The notes below the pieces were generated by a model. That model was not told the origin of the DNA. It saw nothing but the letters and a program-made list of their open reading frames with translations, and searched no databases. From NCBI GenBank assembly GCA_025456425.1, contig JALOKP010000026.1, positions 3,846 through 67,845 of the forward strand: a stretch of 64,000 nucleotides of DNA, written 5' to 3'. Positions 1 through 9,335 of the stretch are shown one piece after another. This stretch comes from Acidobacteriota bacterium (GTDB lineage Bacteria; Acidobacteriota; Polarisedimenticolia; J045). The first letter of the stretch is position 1. Each line of letters opens with the position of its first letter. A program made the position numbers and the translations under genes.

Positions 1-1008
1 CGTCGGTGACGGCCAGCTCGCGCCGCGAGGAAGCGACGTAGGCCAGCGCGCCCGCCAGCGGCTTGCGCGTCTGCGCGTCGATCACGCGCCCGGTCACCGC
101 GGTGACGGCGGGGAGCGCGAGCGTCACGACCTTCGGCGGCTGCGGCTCCTCGGGCGGCGGCGCGAGCCGCGCGCTCAGCGAGCGGTCGTCCGCCGCCTCG
201 ACCGAGACGGCGAGGCCCGCCGCGGGGAGCGCCAGCGCGGCGCGCCCATCGGCGCCGGTCCAGGCCAGGGGCAGGCCGGCGTCGTCGGCGAGCACGACGG
301 CGCCCGCGACCGGCTTGCCGTCCGCGCCGCGGACCTCGACCGGCAGCGCGGCGGTCGCGGCGGGCGCCAGCACGAGCGAGGCCGGCAGCCGGCCCGAGCG
401 CACGGCCGGCGCGAGGCCGGGGGCGACGGCGCCGGCGGTGAGCAGTTCCTTCGCGCCGCGCGGGAGGCGCGCCGTCCCCTCGGGCCCGGTCAGCGCGACG
501 CGCGGCGCGGGGTACCAGAAACCGCCGCCGAAGCTGCGGGTGGAGGTGTCGCGACGGACCGCGACGAGCGCGCCGGCCAGCGGCGCGTCCCCGGCGCCGC
601 GGACCGTCACCGACAGGCCCGCGTCGGCCTCCATCTCCGCGTCCGGGAGATCGGCTTCCTCGACCAGGCCGCCGAGCCACGCGGCGAGCGGCGCGTGACC
701 GGGCGCCTCGATCCGCAGCGTGTAGAGCCCCGCGCGCGGGGCCTCCAGCCGGTACGCCCCGCGGGCGTCCGAGCGCCCCGTCGCGACCGGCTCGCCGTGC
801 GCCGCGCCCGCCTGCGCGCGCCGCGCGGCATCGACCGGCGACGGCGCGGCGAGCAGCATCACCGTCGCCTCCGGGAGCGGCGCCCCGCTCGGGCCGAGCA
901 CGCGACCGGACAACGGGATCCCGGCCGCCGCGGGCGGCGCCGCGCCGGCCAGCGCGAGGGCGATCGTGAGCAGGGGGACGGGCAGGACTCGGCGGGCCAG
1001 GGCACGCA
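1..1008 (-). CDS. Secreted protein with repeated carboxypeptidase-regulatory-like (CarboxypepD_reg) domains. Only the N-terminal part lies in the window; the 3' end runs off the window start.
   Basis: My own translation of the minus strand from ATG at 1008..1006 gives MRALARRVLPVPLLTIALALAGAAPPAAAG (signal peptide). It continues with repeated motifs such as SGRVLGPSGAPLPEATVML and VTGRVIDAQTRKPLAGA, typical of CarboxypepD_reg domains. It is absent from the ORF track because there is no in-window stop. Confidence 0.6.
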
Positions 1009-1156
1009 TCGGACACCTCGGAAGCCAACGACGGAGCGACCGCCGGGCGGCTGACACTGTAACGCCGTCGCGCGCGGCCGGTTCCCGCGCGGCGCGGACC
1101 GCGGGACGCGGGGACGCGGAGCACCGTCCGGCTGGGACGCCGAACGGGCGTGGGCT

Positions 1157-2053
1157 ATGCTCCCCGCGATGAACCCCGCGTCCCGGTGGCAGCGTATGGT
1201 CCTGGGTACGGCCTCCGGGCTGGCCGCGCTGGCGCTGGGCGCGCCGGCAGCTCCTGCGGCGCCGGCCGACCCGGCCCCGGCGTCCCGCCGGCCTGCGAAC
1301 GTCTCGACCCCCGCCGGCGTCCCGGCTCCGGCCGACCGCGGCTGGATCGGCGTCTCGCTCGGCCGCGACCCCTTGCCGGTCCGGTCGTCCGAGGAGGGGT
1401 CCGAGGCCGGGGCGGACGAGGCCGGGCCGGCTCCGCCCGCCGGCGTCGGGATCGGCGCGGTGATCCGCCAGAGCCCGGCCGACCGCGCCGGCCTGCGCGG
1501 CGGCGACCTCGTCACCGCGATCGACGGGCAGCCGGTCGAGTCGACGCAGGAGTTCATCGCCGCGATCTCCGGGCGCGGGCCCGGCGCGTGGGTCGACCTC
1601 GACCTCTGGCGGCGCGGGTCGGAGCGGCGCGTCACGGTGCGGCTCGAACGCTTCCCCGAGGACGCGGCCCGGCTGCGCGACGTCAAGCTCGGCTGGGCCG
1701 GGATCGAGGCGCTGGATGTGCCGCTGCAGCTGCGCGAGCAGTGGGGCGGTTCGGAGGAGAGCGGCGTGCTGGTCGGCGCCGTGGCGGAAGGGGGCCCGGC
1801 GGAGCGCAGCGGCGTGCGCCCCGGCGACCTGGTGCTGGCCGTCGACGGCGAGCCGGTCGTGACCGTCCCGGACCTCTTCATGCGGATCGCGCGGGTCGGC
1901 GACGGGGCCAAGGTCGAGCTGGGGCTGAGCCGCCAGGGGCTGGAGTTGACGGTCGAGATCCTGCTCGAGGTCGAGCCCCCGGAGGACCCGGACGAGGCCC
2001 CGCCGCGCCGGAACCCGGCGGAAGGTCCGACCCGGCGCCCCAACGGTCGGTAG
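1157..2053 (+). CDS. Secreted protein with two PDZ domains
   Basis: N-terminal signal peptide. Two PDZ-like segments: GIGAVIRQSPADRAGLRGGDLVTAIDGQPV and GVLVGAVAEGGPAERSGVRPGDLVLAVDGEPV. The opposite-strand ORF 859..2061 is low-complexity. Confidence 0.7.
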   Translation: MLPAMNPASRWQRMVLGTASGLAALALGAPAAPAAPADPAPASRRPANVSTPAGVPAPADRGWIGVSLGRDPLPVRSSEEGSEAGADEAGPAPPAGVGIGAVIRQSPADRAGLRGGDLVTAIDGQPVESTQEFIAAISGRGPGAWVDLDLWRRGSERRVTVRLERFPEDAARLRDVKLGWAGIEALDVPLQLREQWGGSEESGVLVGAVAEGGPAERSGVRPGDLVLAVDGEPVVTVPDLFMRIARVGDGAKVELGLSRQGLELTVEILLEVEPPEDPDEAPPRRNPAEGPTRRPNGR

Positions 2054-2112
2054 CCCGGCAACTCCCGCTCCTACAATCGCTTCGCCGGGTCGGTGGCCCG
2101 GCCGGAGGGGTG

Positions 2113-3363
2113 ATGCGCAAGAAGTGGGTGTGGATCCTGCTCGCCGTCGTTCTGCTCGGTGCGCTCGGGGCCGTCGCGGTCAGCCGCCGCGGTCCCCGCC
2201 CGACGCCCGTCCAACTCGCCAAGGTCGAGCGCCAGGACCTGCAGGCCAAGGTCGCCGCCAACGGCAAGATCCAGGCCCAGAAGAAGGTCGAGATCTCGGC
2301 CACGATCATGGGCCAGATCACCCAGCTCGCCGTGCGCGAGGGGGACGCCGTCAAGAAGGGCCAGTTCCTGCTCGAGATCGACCCCGCCAACCCGCGCGCC
2401 GTCGCGCGCAGCAGCGAGGCCTCGATGCAGGCCCTGCTGCGCGACGTCGAGTCGGCCCGGGCGAACCTCGAGTTGGCGAAGAGCGACTACGAGCGGGCGC
2501 GGGCGAACTTCGAGGCGAAGATCATCCCGCGCGCCGACTACGAGCGGGCCGAGACCGGCGTGACCACGAGCGAGGCGATGCTGCGCTCCGCCGAGCGGCG
2601 CGTCGAGCAGGCCCGGGCCCAGCTGGAAGGGGCGCGCGACACGCTCTCGAAGACCGTGGTCCGCGCGCCGATCGACGGGATCGTCACCGCCCGCCGGGTG
2701 GAGGAAGGCGAGGTCGCGGTGATCGGGATCCAGAACAGCCCCGGCACCGTGCTCCTGACGATCTCCGACATGTCGGTCGTCGAGACCGAGCTGGAGGTGG
2801 ACGAGGCCTCGATTCCGCAGGTGAAGCTGGGGCAGGAGGTCAAGCTGCGGATCGACGCCTACCCCAACCGTACCTTCAGCGGTGTGGTCACCGAGGTCGG
2901 TTCCAGCCCGATCCTGCAGTCGAGCGCGGTCGACCAGGCGGTCAAGTTCAAGGTCAAGGCCCAGATCAAGGACCCGCCCGAAGGGATCAAGCCGGGCCTG
3001 ACCGCCCAGGCCGACATCCTGACCGGCTTCGCCCCGCAGGTCCTCGCGGTCCCGATCCAGTCGATCGTGCTGCGCGAGAAGGAGCGACCGGCCGGGACGC
3101 AGCCGCAGGTCGGCGAGGCCCGCGAGGAGGAGGGGGTCTACATCGTCGAGGAGGGCAAGGACGAGGGGAAGGTCGCCTTCGTCCCGATCACCACCGGACT
3201 GATGGGAGAGCTGTCGATCGAGGTGAAGTCGGGCCTGAAAGGGGACGAGAAGCTCGTCTCCGGGCCGTTCAAGGTGCTGCGCACCCTGAAGCCGGGGGAC
3301 CTGGTGGTCAAGGAGAAGGAGCCGCCCAAGGACGCGGCCGCCGGCGGGGCGACCGAGGACTGA
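2113..3363 (+). CDS. HlyD/MacA-family periplasmic adaptor subunit of an efflux transporter
   Basis: N-terminal TM anchor MRKKWVWILLAVVLLGAL. Coiled-coil region, then a beta-barrel region (VRAPIDGIVTARRVEEGEV...) typical of membrane fusion proteins. The true start is the internal ATG at 2113 of the long read-through ORF 1150..3363. Confidence 0.85.
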   Translation: MRKKWVWILLAVVLLGALGAVAVSRRGPRPTPVQLAKVERQDLQAKVAANGKIQAQKKVEISATIMGQITQLAVREGDAVKKGQFLLEIDPANPRAVARSSEASMQALLRDVESARANLELAKSDYERARANFEAKIIPRADYERAETGVTTSEAMLRSAERRVEQARAQLEGARDTLSKTVVRAPIDGIVTARRVEEGEVAVIGIQNSPGTVLLTISDMSVVETELEVDEASIPQVKLGQEVKLRIDAYPNRTFSGVVTEVGSSPILQSSAVDQAVKFKVKAQIKDPPEGIKPGLTAQADILTGFAPQVLAVPIQSIVLREKERPAGTQPQVGEAREEEGVYIVEEGKDEGKVAFVPITTGLMGELSIEVKSGLKGDEKLVSGPFKVLRTLKPGDLVVKEKEPPKDAAAGGATED

Positions 3364-3366
3364 CGA

Positions 3367-4589
3367 TGGACCTCGGCGATCTCATCCGCGAAGCCCTCGA
3401 CGCGATCCGCTCCCACGCGCTCCGCAGCTTCCTGACGCTGCTGGGGATCATCATCGGCGTGGCCACGATCGTCGGGGTGGTTTCGGTGATCGCCGGGCTC
3501 GACCAGTACGTCCAGGAGCGGATCATCATCCTCTCCCCCGACGTCTACGTCGTGACCAAGTTCGGCATCATCCGCGGCCGGGAGGAGTTCCTCGAGGCGC
3601 TCAAGCGCAAGGACATCACCAAGGACGACGTGCGCCGGCTGGAGGGCTCGCTGACCCGCGCGGCCGAGATCGCGACCCAGCTCGATGGCGCACGGGCCGC
3701 GGTGAAGTTCCGGGACCGGCGCCTGGCCGACGTCCGGGTCACGGGGGTCACGGCCAACTTCCCGCAGTTGATCAACTTCGACCTGGAGTCGGGGCGCTTC
3801 TTCGTCGAGGCCGAGGAGCGCGCGGCGGCACCGGTCGCGGTGGTCGGCTGGGACATCAAGGACGAGCTGTTCCCGCAGCTCGACCCGGTCGGGCGCAAGG
3901 TGCTGATCGGCGGGCGGGAGTACGAGGTGATCGGGCTGGTCAAGAAGCAGGGGAGGACTCTCGGCCAGAGCCAGGACAACCTGGTTGCGATCCCGCTCGA
4001 GGCGGCGCTGCAGCAGTTCGGCACGCGCCGCTCGCTCGACGTCGTGATCCGCGCCAAGGGGGGCGTCCCGGGGGTCGAGGCCTCGGTCGACGAGGTCCGC
4101 GGCGTGATGCGCGCGCTGCGGCACACGCCGTTCAAGAACGAGGACCCCTTCGGCGTCGTGACCGCCGAGGCGCTGCAGGAACTGTGGCGCAACATCTCGG
4201 GCGCGGCCTTCGTCCTGATGTTCCTGATTGCGTCGGTCTCGCTCGGCGTCGGCGGGATCGTGATCATGAACATCATGCTGGTCTCGGTGCTCGAGCGGAC
4301 GCAGGAGATCGGGGTGCGGAAGGCGGTCGGCGCCAACGAGTCCGACGTGCGGCGGCAGTTCCTGCTGGAGGCGGCGATCCTGTCGCTGGCCGGCGGGATC
4401 GTCGGGGCGGCGGTCGGTGCCGGGGCGGCGTCGCTGGTCGAGTCGCAGACCGGCTTCCCGGCCCGCGTCACCCCCGGCATCATCGGGCTCGGCCTCGGGC
4501 TCTCCGTCCTGGTGGGACTGGTCGCCGGGTACTTCCCGGCGCGCAGCGCCGCGCGGCTCGACGTCGTCGAAGCGCTCCGGGCGGAGTGA
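3367..4589 (+). CDS. ABC transporter permease, FtsX/MacB-type with an N-terminal MacB periplasmic domain and no ATPase domain
   Basis: N-terminal TM LRSFLTLLGIIIGVATIVGVVSV. Large periplasmic domain, then a C-terminal FtsX 3-TM bundle (VRKAVGANESDVRRQFLLEAAILSLAGG). ATG at 3367 follows the adaptor stop. Confidence 0.85.
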
Positions 4590-5851
4590 TGGGCCGGCTG
4601 GCGCGCACCTCGCTGTTCGAGAACGCGGCCTCCGCGCTGACGGCGATGTGGGGCCAGAAGCTGCGCTCGTTCCTGACGCTGCTCGGGATCATGGCCGGCG
4701 TGGCGACCGTGATCCTGATGGTCAGCTTCGTCGCCGGCTTCAACAACGTGATCACCGAGCAGTTCACGCAGTTCGGCACGCAGCTCGTGCAGTTCCAGAA
4801 ATTCGAGCCGCGCTTCGGCCCGCAGGGTCCGTCCGAGGAGCAGCGCAACCGGCGCGACCTGACCATCGAAGACGCCGACGCGCTGAAGCGGCTGGTCCCC
4901 GCGGCCGCGGCGGTCTCTCCCGAGCGCTACAACTTCCTGCGGACCCCGCGGGTGATGGCGGGCGACCGCGAGGCCAACGCCCCGGTCGTCTTCGGCGGCG
5001 CGCCGGACTACATGCAGGCCAACGTCCACTGGGTCGACGACGGCCGCTTCTTCACCGAGGCCGATCTCAAGCACGCCGCGCAGGTCGCGGTGATCGGGAC
5101 CGACGTGGCGGAGACGCTGTTCCCGTTCAAGGACCCGATCGGCGAGACGATCCGGATCGACGGGCGGGCCTTCTCGGTGATCGGCGTTTTCGAGCGCAAG
5201 GCCTCGTTCCTGGGAGGCGGGAACAACAGCCACGTCGCGATCCCGATCACCGCCTTCGACGTGCTGTTCCCCGAGGTCAAGAACGGCGGCGGCGACACGA
5301 TCCACATCGCGACCGTACCCAGGACCCCGGAGCTGTACGACGCGCTGATCGAGCAGGGGACCGCCGTGCTGCGCGCGCGGCGCCAGCTCAAGCCGAACCA
5401 GGAGAACGACTTCGCGGTCTTCACCAGCCAGGGGCAGCTGGACAACTTCCGGCAGATCACGGGCGGGGTGGCGGCGGCGATGATCGTGATCGCGGGGATC
5501 GCGCTCCTGGTCGGCGGCGTCGGCGTGATGAACATCATGCTGGTCAACGTCACGGAGCGGACGCGCGAGATCGGCCTGCGCAAGGCGATCGGGGCGACCG
5601 ACGGCGACATCGCGACGCAGTTCCTGGCCGAGGCGGTGACCCTGACCGCCGTCGGCGGGGCGCTGGGGATCGCGATCGGGATCGGGCTGGCGCTGGTGGT
5701 GAAGGCCGCGCTCGACTTCCCGGTTTCGACCCCGCTCTGGTCGGTCGCGCTGGGGCTGGGGGTCTCGACCTCGGTCGGCCTGCTCTTCGGGATGTGGCCG
5801 GCGCTGAAGGCGGCCCGCCTCGACCCGATCGAGGCCCTGCGCTACGAGTAG
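4589..5851 (+). CDS. Second FtsX/MacB-type ABC transporter permease, paralogue of the upstream gene
   Basis: Same architecture (LRSFLTLLGIMAGVATVILMVSF ... LRKAIGATDGDIATQFLAEAVTLTAVGG). Its start overlaps the previous stop (TGATG). Confidence 0.85.
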   Translation: MGRLARTSLFENAASALTAMWGQKLRSFLTLLGIMAGVATVILMVSFVAGFNNVITEQFTQFGTQLVQFQKFEPRFGPQGPSEEQRNRRDLTIEDADALKRLVPAAAAVSPERYNFLRTPRVMAGDREANAPVVFGGAPDYMQANVHWVDDGRFFTEADLKHAAQVAVIGTDVAETLFPFKDPIGETIRIDGRAFSVIGVFERKASFLGGGNNSHVAIPITAFDVLFPEVKNGGGDTIHIATVPRTPELYDALIEQGTAVLRARRQLKPNQENDFAVFTSQGQLDNFRQITGGVAAAMIVIAGIALLVGGVGVMNIMLVNVTERTREIGLRKAIGATDGDIATQFLAEAVTLTAVGGALGIAIGIGLALVVKAALDFPVSTPLWSVALGLGVSTSVGLLFGMWPALKAARLDPIEALRYE

Positions 5852-5882
5852 CCGCGGGGCTATCATCAGGCGGGAGGCCGAC

Positions 5883-6278
5883 ATGTCGACCCGCTACGAT
5901 TTCTCCGATCCCGAGGCCTCGGGCTTCTGCCCCGAGTGCGGTCTCGGATTCCGGACCACCGAAGGGCGCTGCGCGGACTGCGACGCCCTGCTCGTCACGC
6001 GCGCCGAGGCGCTCGAGGAGTGGCGGCAGTCGCCGCCGCCCGACCCCGCCCAGCGCAGCGTCTTCCTGTGCTCGGCCCCGACGCTGGTCGAAACCCAGCT
6101 GCTGCGCGCCCAGCTCGAGAGCGCCGGGATCCCGTTCGTGGCCAGTGACTTTCCCCAGGTCTGGGGTCCCGTACTGGGGCGGGATGCGGAGGTCCGGTTC
6201 TTCGTCGAGGAGCGGGACCTGGCGCGCGCGCTCGAGGTCCTGGCGGACGTCCCGCCGAACGAGCCGCCGCAGTCCTGA
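5883..6278 (+). CDS. Small zinc-ribbon / DUF2007-like (putative signal-transducing) protein
   Basis: CPECG...CADC zinc-ribbon at the N-terminus. The C-terminal half resembles DUF2007 (VFLCSAPTLVETQLLRAQLESAGIPF). GGGAGG Shine-Dalgarno 7 nt upstream of the ATG. Confidence 0.55.
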   Translation: MSTRYDFSDPEASGFCPECGLGFRTTEGRCADCDALLVTRAEALEEWRQSPPPDPAQRSVFLCSAPTLVETQLLRAQLESAGIPFVASDFPQVWGPVLGRDAEVRFFVEERDLARALEVLADVPPNEPPQS

Positions 6279-6350
6279 CCGGGCGAGGCGGGGCGGCTCC
6301 CGCGCCGCCCGGCCGGGGCCGAGCCCCGGACCACAAGGTCGCACCCGCGA

Positions 6351-8837
6351 TCAGGTGGTGAGCGGGTCCTTCGCGTCCGGGTCGATCCCGAACTCCTCGA
6401 TCGCCCGCTCGACGACGTGTCCGGCGACGCGCCCCTCGCGCGCCAGCGCGGCCAGCGTCGCCACGGCGATGCTCGCCGCGTCGACCTGGAACAGCCGCCG
6501 CAGCGCCTCGCGCGTGTCGGAGCGCCCCCAGCCGTCGGTGCCGAGCGCGATCCACTCGCGGTCCCGCGGCGCCCAGCGGGCGACCATGTCGGGGACGGCC
6601 TTGACGAAGTCGGTCGCGGCGACGATCGGTCCCTCGGTCCGCTCCAGCACCTCGGCCACGAACGGCTGGACCGCGGCCTCGCGCGGGTGCAGCCGGTTGC
6701 GCCGCTCGGCCGCGAGGGCGTCGCGCCGCAGCTCGCCGTAGCTGGTCACGCTGCAGACGTCGGCCGCCACCTGGTACTTCGCCGCCAGCAGCTCCTGCGC
6801 GGCGAGCACCTCGCGCAGGATCGGACCCGAGCCGAGCAGCGTCGCGCGGTGCTTCAGCCGCTGCGGGGCGGGTCGGAAGAGGTAGATCCCGCGCAGGATC
6901 CCCTCCTCGACGCCGGCCGGCATCGGCGGCATGACGTAGGCCTCGTTGTAGAGCGTGATGTAGTAGAAGACATCCTCGCCCTTGGCCATCATCCGCTTCA
7001 CGCCGTCCTCGACGATCACGGCGGTCTCGTAGGCGAAGGCCGGGTCGTAGGCGCGGCAGCTCGGGACGGTCGAGGCGGTGAGGAGGCTCTGCCCATCCTG
7101 GTGCTGCAGCCCCTCGCCGTTCAGCGTGGTCCGGCCGGCGGTCGCGCCCAGCAGGAAGCCGCGGCCGCGCGCGTCGCCGAAGGCCCAGATCGAGTCGGCG
7201 ATCCGCTGGAAGCCGAACATCGAGTAGAAGATGAAGAACGGCCGGCGTGTAGCGCTGGCCGAGCGGGTTGTAGATCTTGAACTCCGTGAACAGCGGGTCC
7301 ATCCCGAAGGTGCGGGCCTCGTCGGGGACGATCGGTACGACGCGCGGACCGAGCGTCTCGTCCTTCATCAGCTTCCGCAGCAGGCGGACGAAGGCCATCG
7401 TGGTCGAGGCCTCGCCCTTCTCGCCCGTGCCGCGCCGGAACTCGTCGAACAGGCCCTGCTCCGCGACGTGCAGCGGCCGATCTCCGGGCTGCCGGCGGGC
7501 GGGCGGTAGTAGGGTGCCTCGTCGAGCTGCTCGTCCGGGATCGGCAGTTCGAGCCGGTCGCGGAAGGCGCGCAGCTCGTCGAGCTTGAGCTTCTTGACCT
7601 GGTGGGTGACGTTGCGCCCCTCGACCGCGCCGCCCAGGGTCCAGCCCTTGACCGTCTGGACCAGGATCGCGGTCGGAACCCCCTCGGTCTCGGTGGCCAC
7701 CTTGTACGCGGCGTAGATCTTGCGGTAGTCGTGGCCGCCGCGGCGCAGCCGCACGATCTGGTCGTCGGACAGGTGCGCGACCAGCTTCGCCAGCCGCGGG
7801 TCGGCGTTGAAGAAGTGCTCGCGCACGTACGCGCCGGTCTCGACGGCGTAGCGCTGCCAGTCGCCGTCGAGCGTTTCATTCATCTTGTCGACCAGCACCC
7901 CGTCGTTGTCGTGGGCCAGCAGCTCGTCCCACTCGCGGCCCCACAGCACCTTGATCACGTTCCAGCCGGCGCCGCGGAAGATCGCTTCCAGCTCCTGGAT
8001 CACCTTGCCGTTGCCGCGCACCGGGCCGTCGAGCCGCTGCAGGTTGCAGTTGATCACGAAGGTCAGGTTGTCGAGCCCCTCGCGCGCGGCCAGCGTCAGC
8101 GCACCCGTCGCCTCCGGCTCGTCCATCTCGCCGTCGCCGCAGAAGGCCCAGACGCGCGACTCCGCGCCGCGCTCGGTGAATCCGCGCGCGCGCAGATAGC
8201 GGTCGAAGCGGGCCTGGTAGACCGCGTTGAGCGGGCCGAGGCCCATCGAGACGGTCGGGAACTCCCAGAAGCGCGGCATCAGCCGCGGGTGGGGGTAGGA
8301 CGACAGTCCCCTGGTGAAGGCCTCGCGCCGGAAGTGGTCGAGGTCCTGCTCGTCGAACCGCCCCTCGAGGAAGGCGCGGGCGTAGATCCCGGGCGCAGCG
8401 TGTCCCTGGAAGAAGACGTGGTCGCCGGCCCCCTCGTCGCCGGGGGCGCGGAAGAAGTGGTTGAAGCCGACCTCGTAGATCGACGCGGCCGAGGCGTAGG
8501 TCGAGATGTGGCCGCCGAGCCCGGGGAAGCGCGTGTTGGCACGGTGGACCATCGCCACCGCGTTCCAGCGGATCAGCCGCCGGATCCGGCGCTCCATCGC
8601 CTCGTCGCCGGGGAAGGGGGGCTCCTGCTCGGGGCTGATCGTGTTGATGTAGCGGGTCTGCGTCGTCGGTGGCAGGCCGAGGTGCAGCATCCGGGCGCGC
8701 TTGAGCAGCCGGTAGAGCACGAACTGGGCGCGCGACTTGCCCGCGCGGTCCACCAGCTCGTCGAGCGACTCCATCCAGTCGTCGGTCTCGTCCGGGTCGA
8801 CGTCGGGGAGCTGGTGCTTGTACTGCTCGAAGATCAT
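6351..8837 (-). pseudogene. aceE: Pyruvate dehydrogenase E1 component (homodimeric AceE type), interrupted by two internal deletion-plus-frameshift lesions
   Basis: Three segments match E. coli and mycobacterial AceE strongly:
- 8837..~7482, frame A: [21 protein letters not shown] ... [15 protein letters not shown].
- ~7480..~7245, a different frame: [12 protein letters not shown]...[54 protein letters not shown].
- ~7241..6351, frame A again: PFFIFYSMFGFQRIADSIW ... to the C-terminus.
At the two junctions about 25-30 and about 45 residues are missing relative to homologues, including the conserved GINE...TSY segment. Confidence 0.75.
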
Positions 8838-8955
8838 GCGGACTCCGGGTGCGGCGCGGTCGGGGACGGCGGGCCGAGCCCGGCATTCTCCTCCCCGCGG
8901 CGGGGGCGTTCAAGCTCGCGGCTTACGAACGGGTACGCCGCCGGGCGGCGCAGGC

Positions 8956-9282
8956 TCACGCGCCGTACGCGCGCTCCTCGACCAGCACGCGACGGGTCGC
9001 GGTGAAGCGCCCCGGAAAGCGCAGGAGCCCCTCGCGCCGCAGGGCCGGGGCGTGCCGTGCGAGATAGTCGTCGAGGGCGGCGCGGCCGGTCAGCGCGTAC
9101 TGGACCGTCAGCAGCAGGCGCCCTGCGCCCGGTCCGTTCTCCTCGGCCGGGTCGCGCCGGAACACGCGCGCCCCGGTGAATCCCGGCAGCGCGAGGATCT
9201 GCCGCACGTGATCGTCGAGCCACGCGCGGAACTCGGCTTCGATCTCGCCGTCGACGGAGAGGTTGACCTCGTACACCACCAT
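8956..9282 (-). CDS. Small conserved hypothetical protein, possibly DUF4286-like
   Basis: 108-aa ORF starting MVVYEVNLSVDGEIEAEFRAWLDDHV. It sits directly upstream of aceE on the same strand. Non-repetitive composition. Confidence 0.45.
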   Translation of the reverse strand: MVVYEVNLSVDGEIEAEFRAWLDDHVRQILALPGFTGARVFRRDPAEENGPGAGRLLLTVQYALTGRAALDDYLARHAPALRREGLLRFPGRFTATRRVLVEERAYGA

Positions 9283-9335
9283 GAGCTTATTGTAGGCGCG
9301 GGGCCCGGCAAGGGAGTGCGCCGCGCGGAGGCCGG

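Noticed and set aside
859-2061. 400-aa minus-strand ORF opposite the PDZ gene
   Set aside because: Ser/Pro/Arg low-complexity. The plus strand encodes two clear PDZ domains.
5995-7398. 467-aa minus ORF overlapping aceE
   Set aside because: Only its first ~55 residues ([12 protein letters not shown]...QRYTP) are genuine AceE sequence in the shifted frame. The remainder is out-of-frame read-through.
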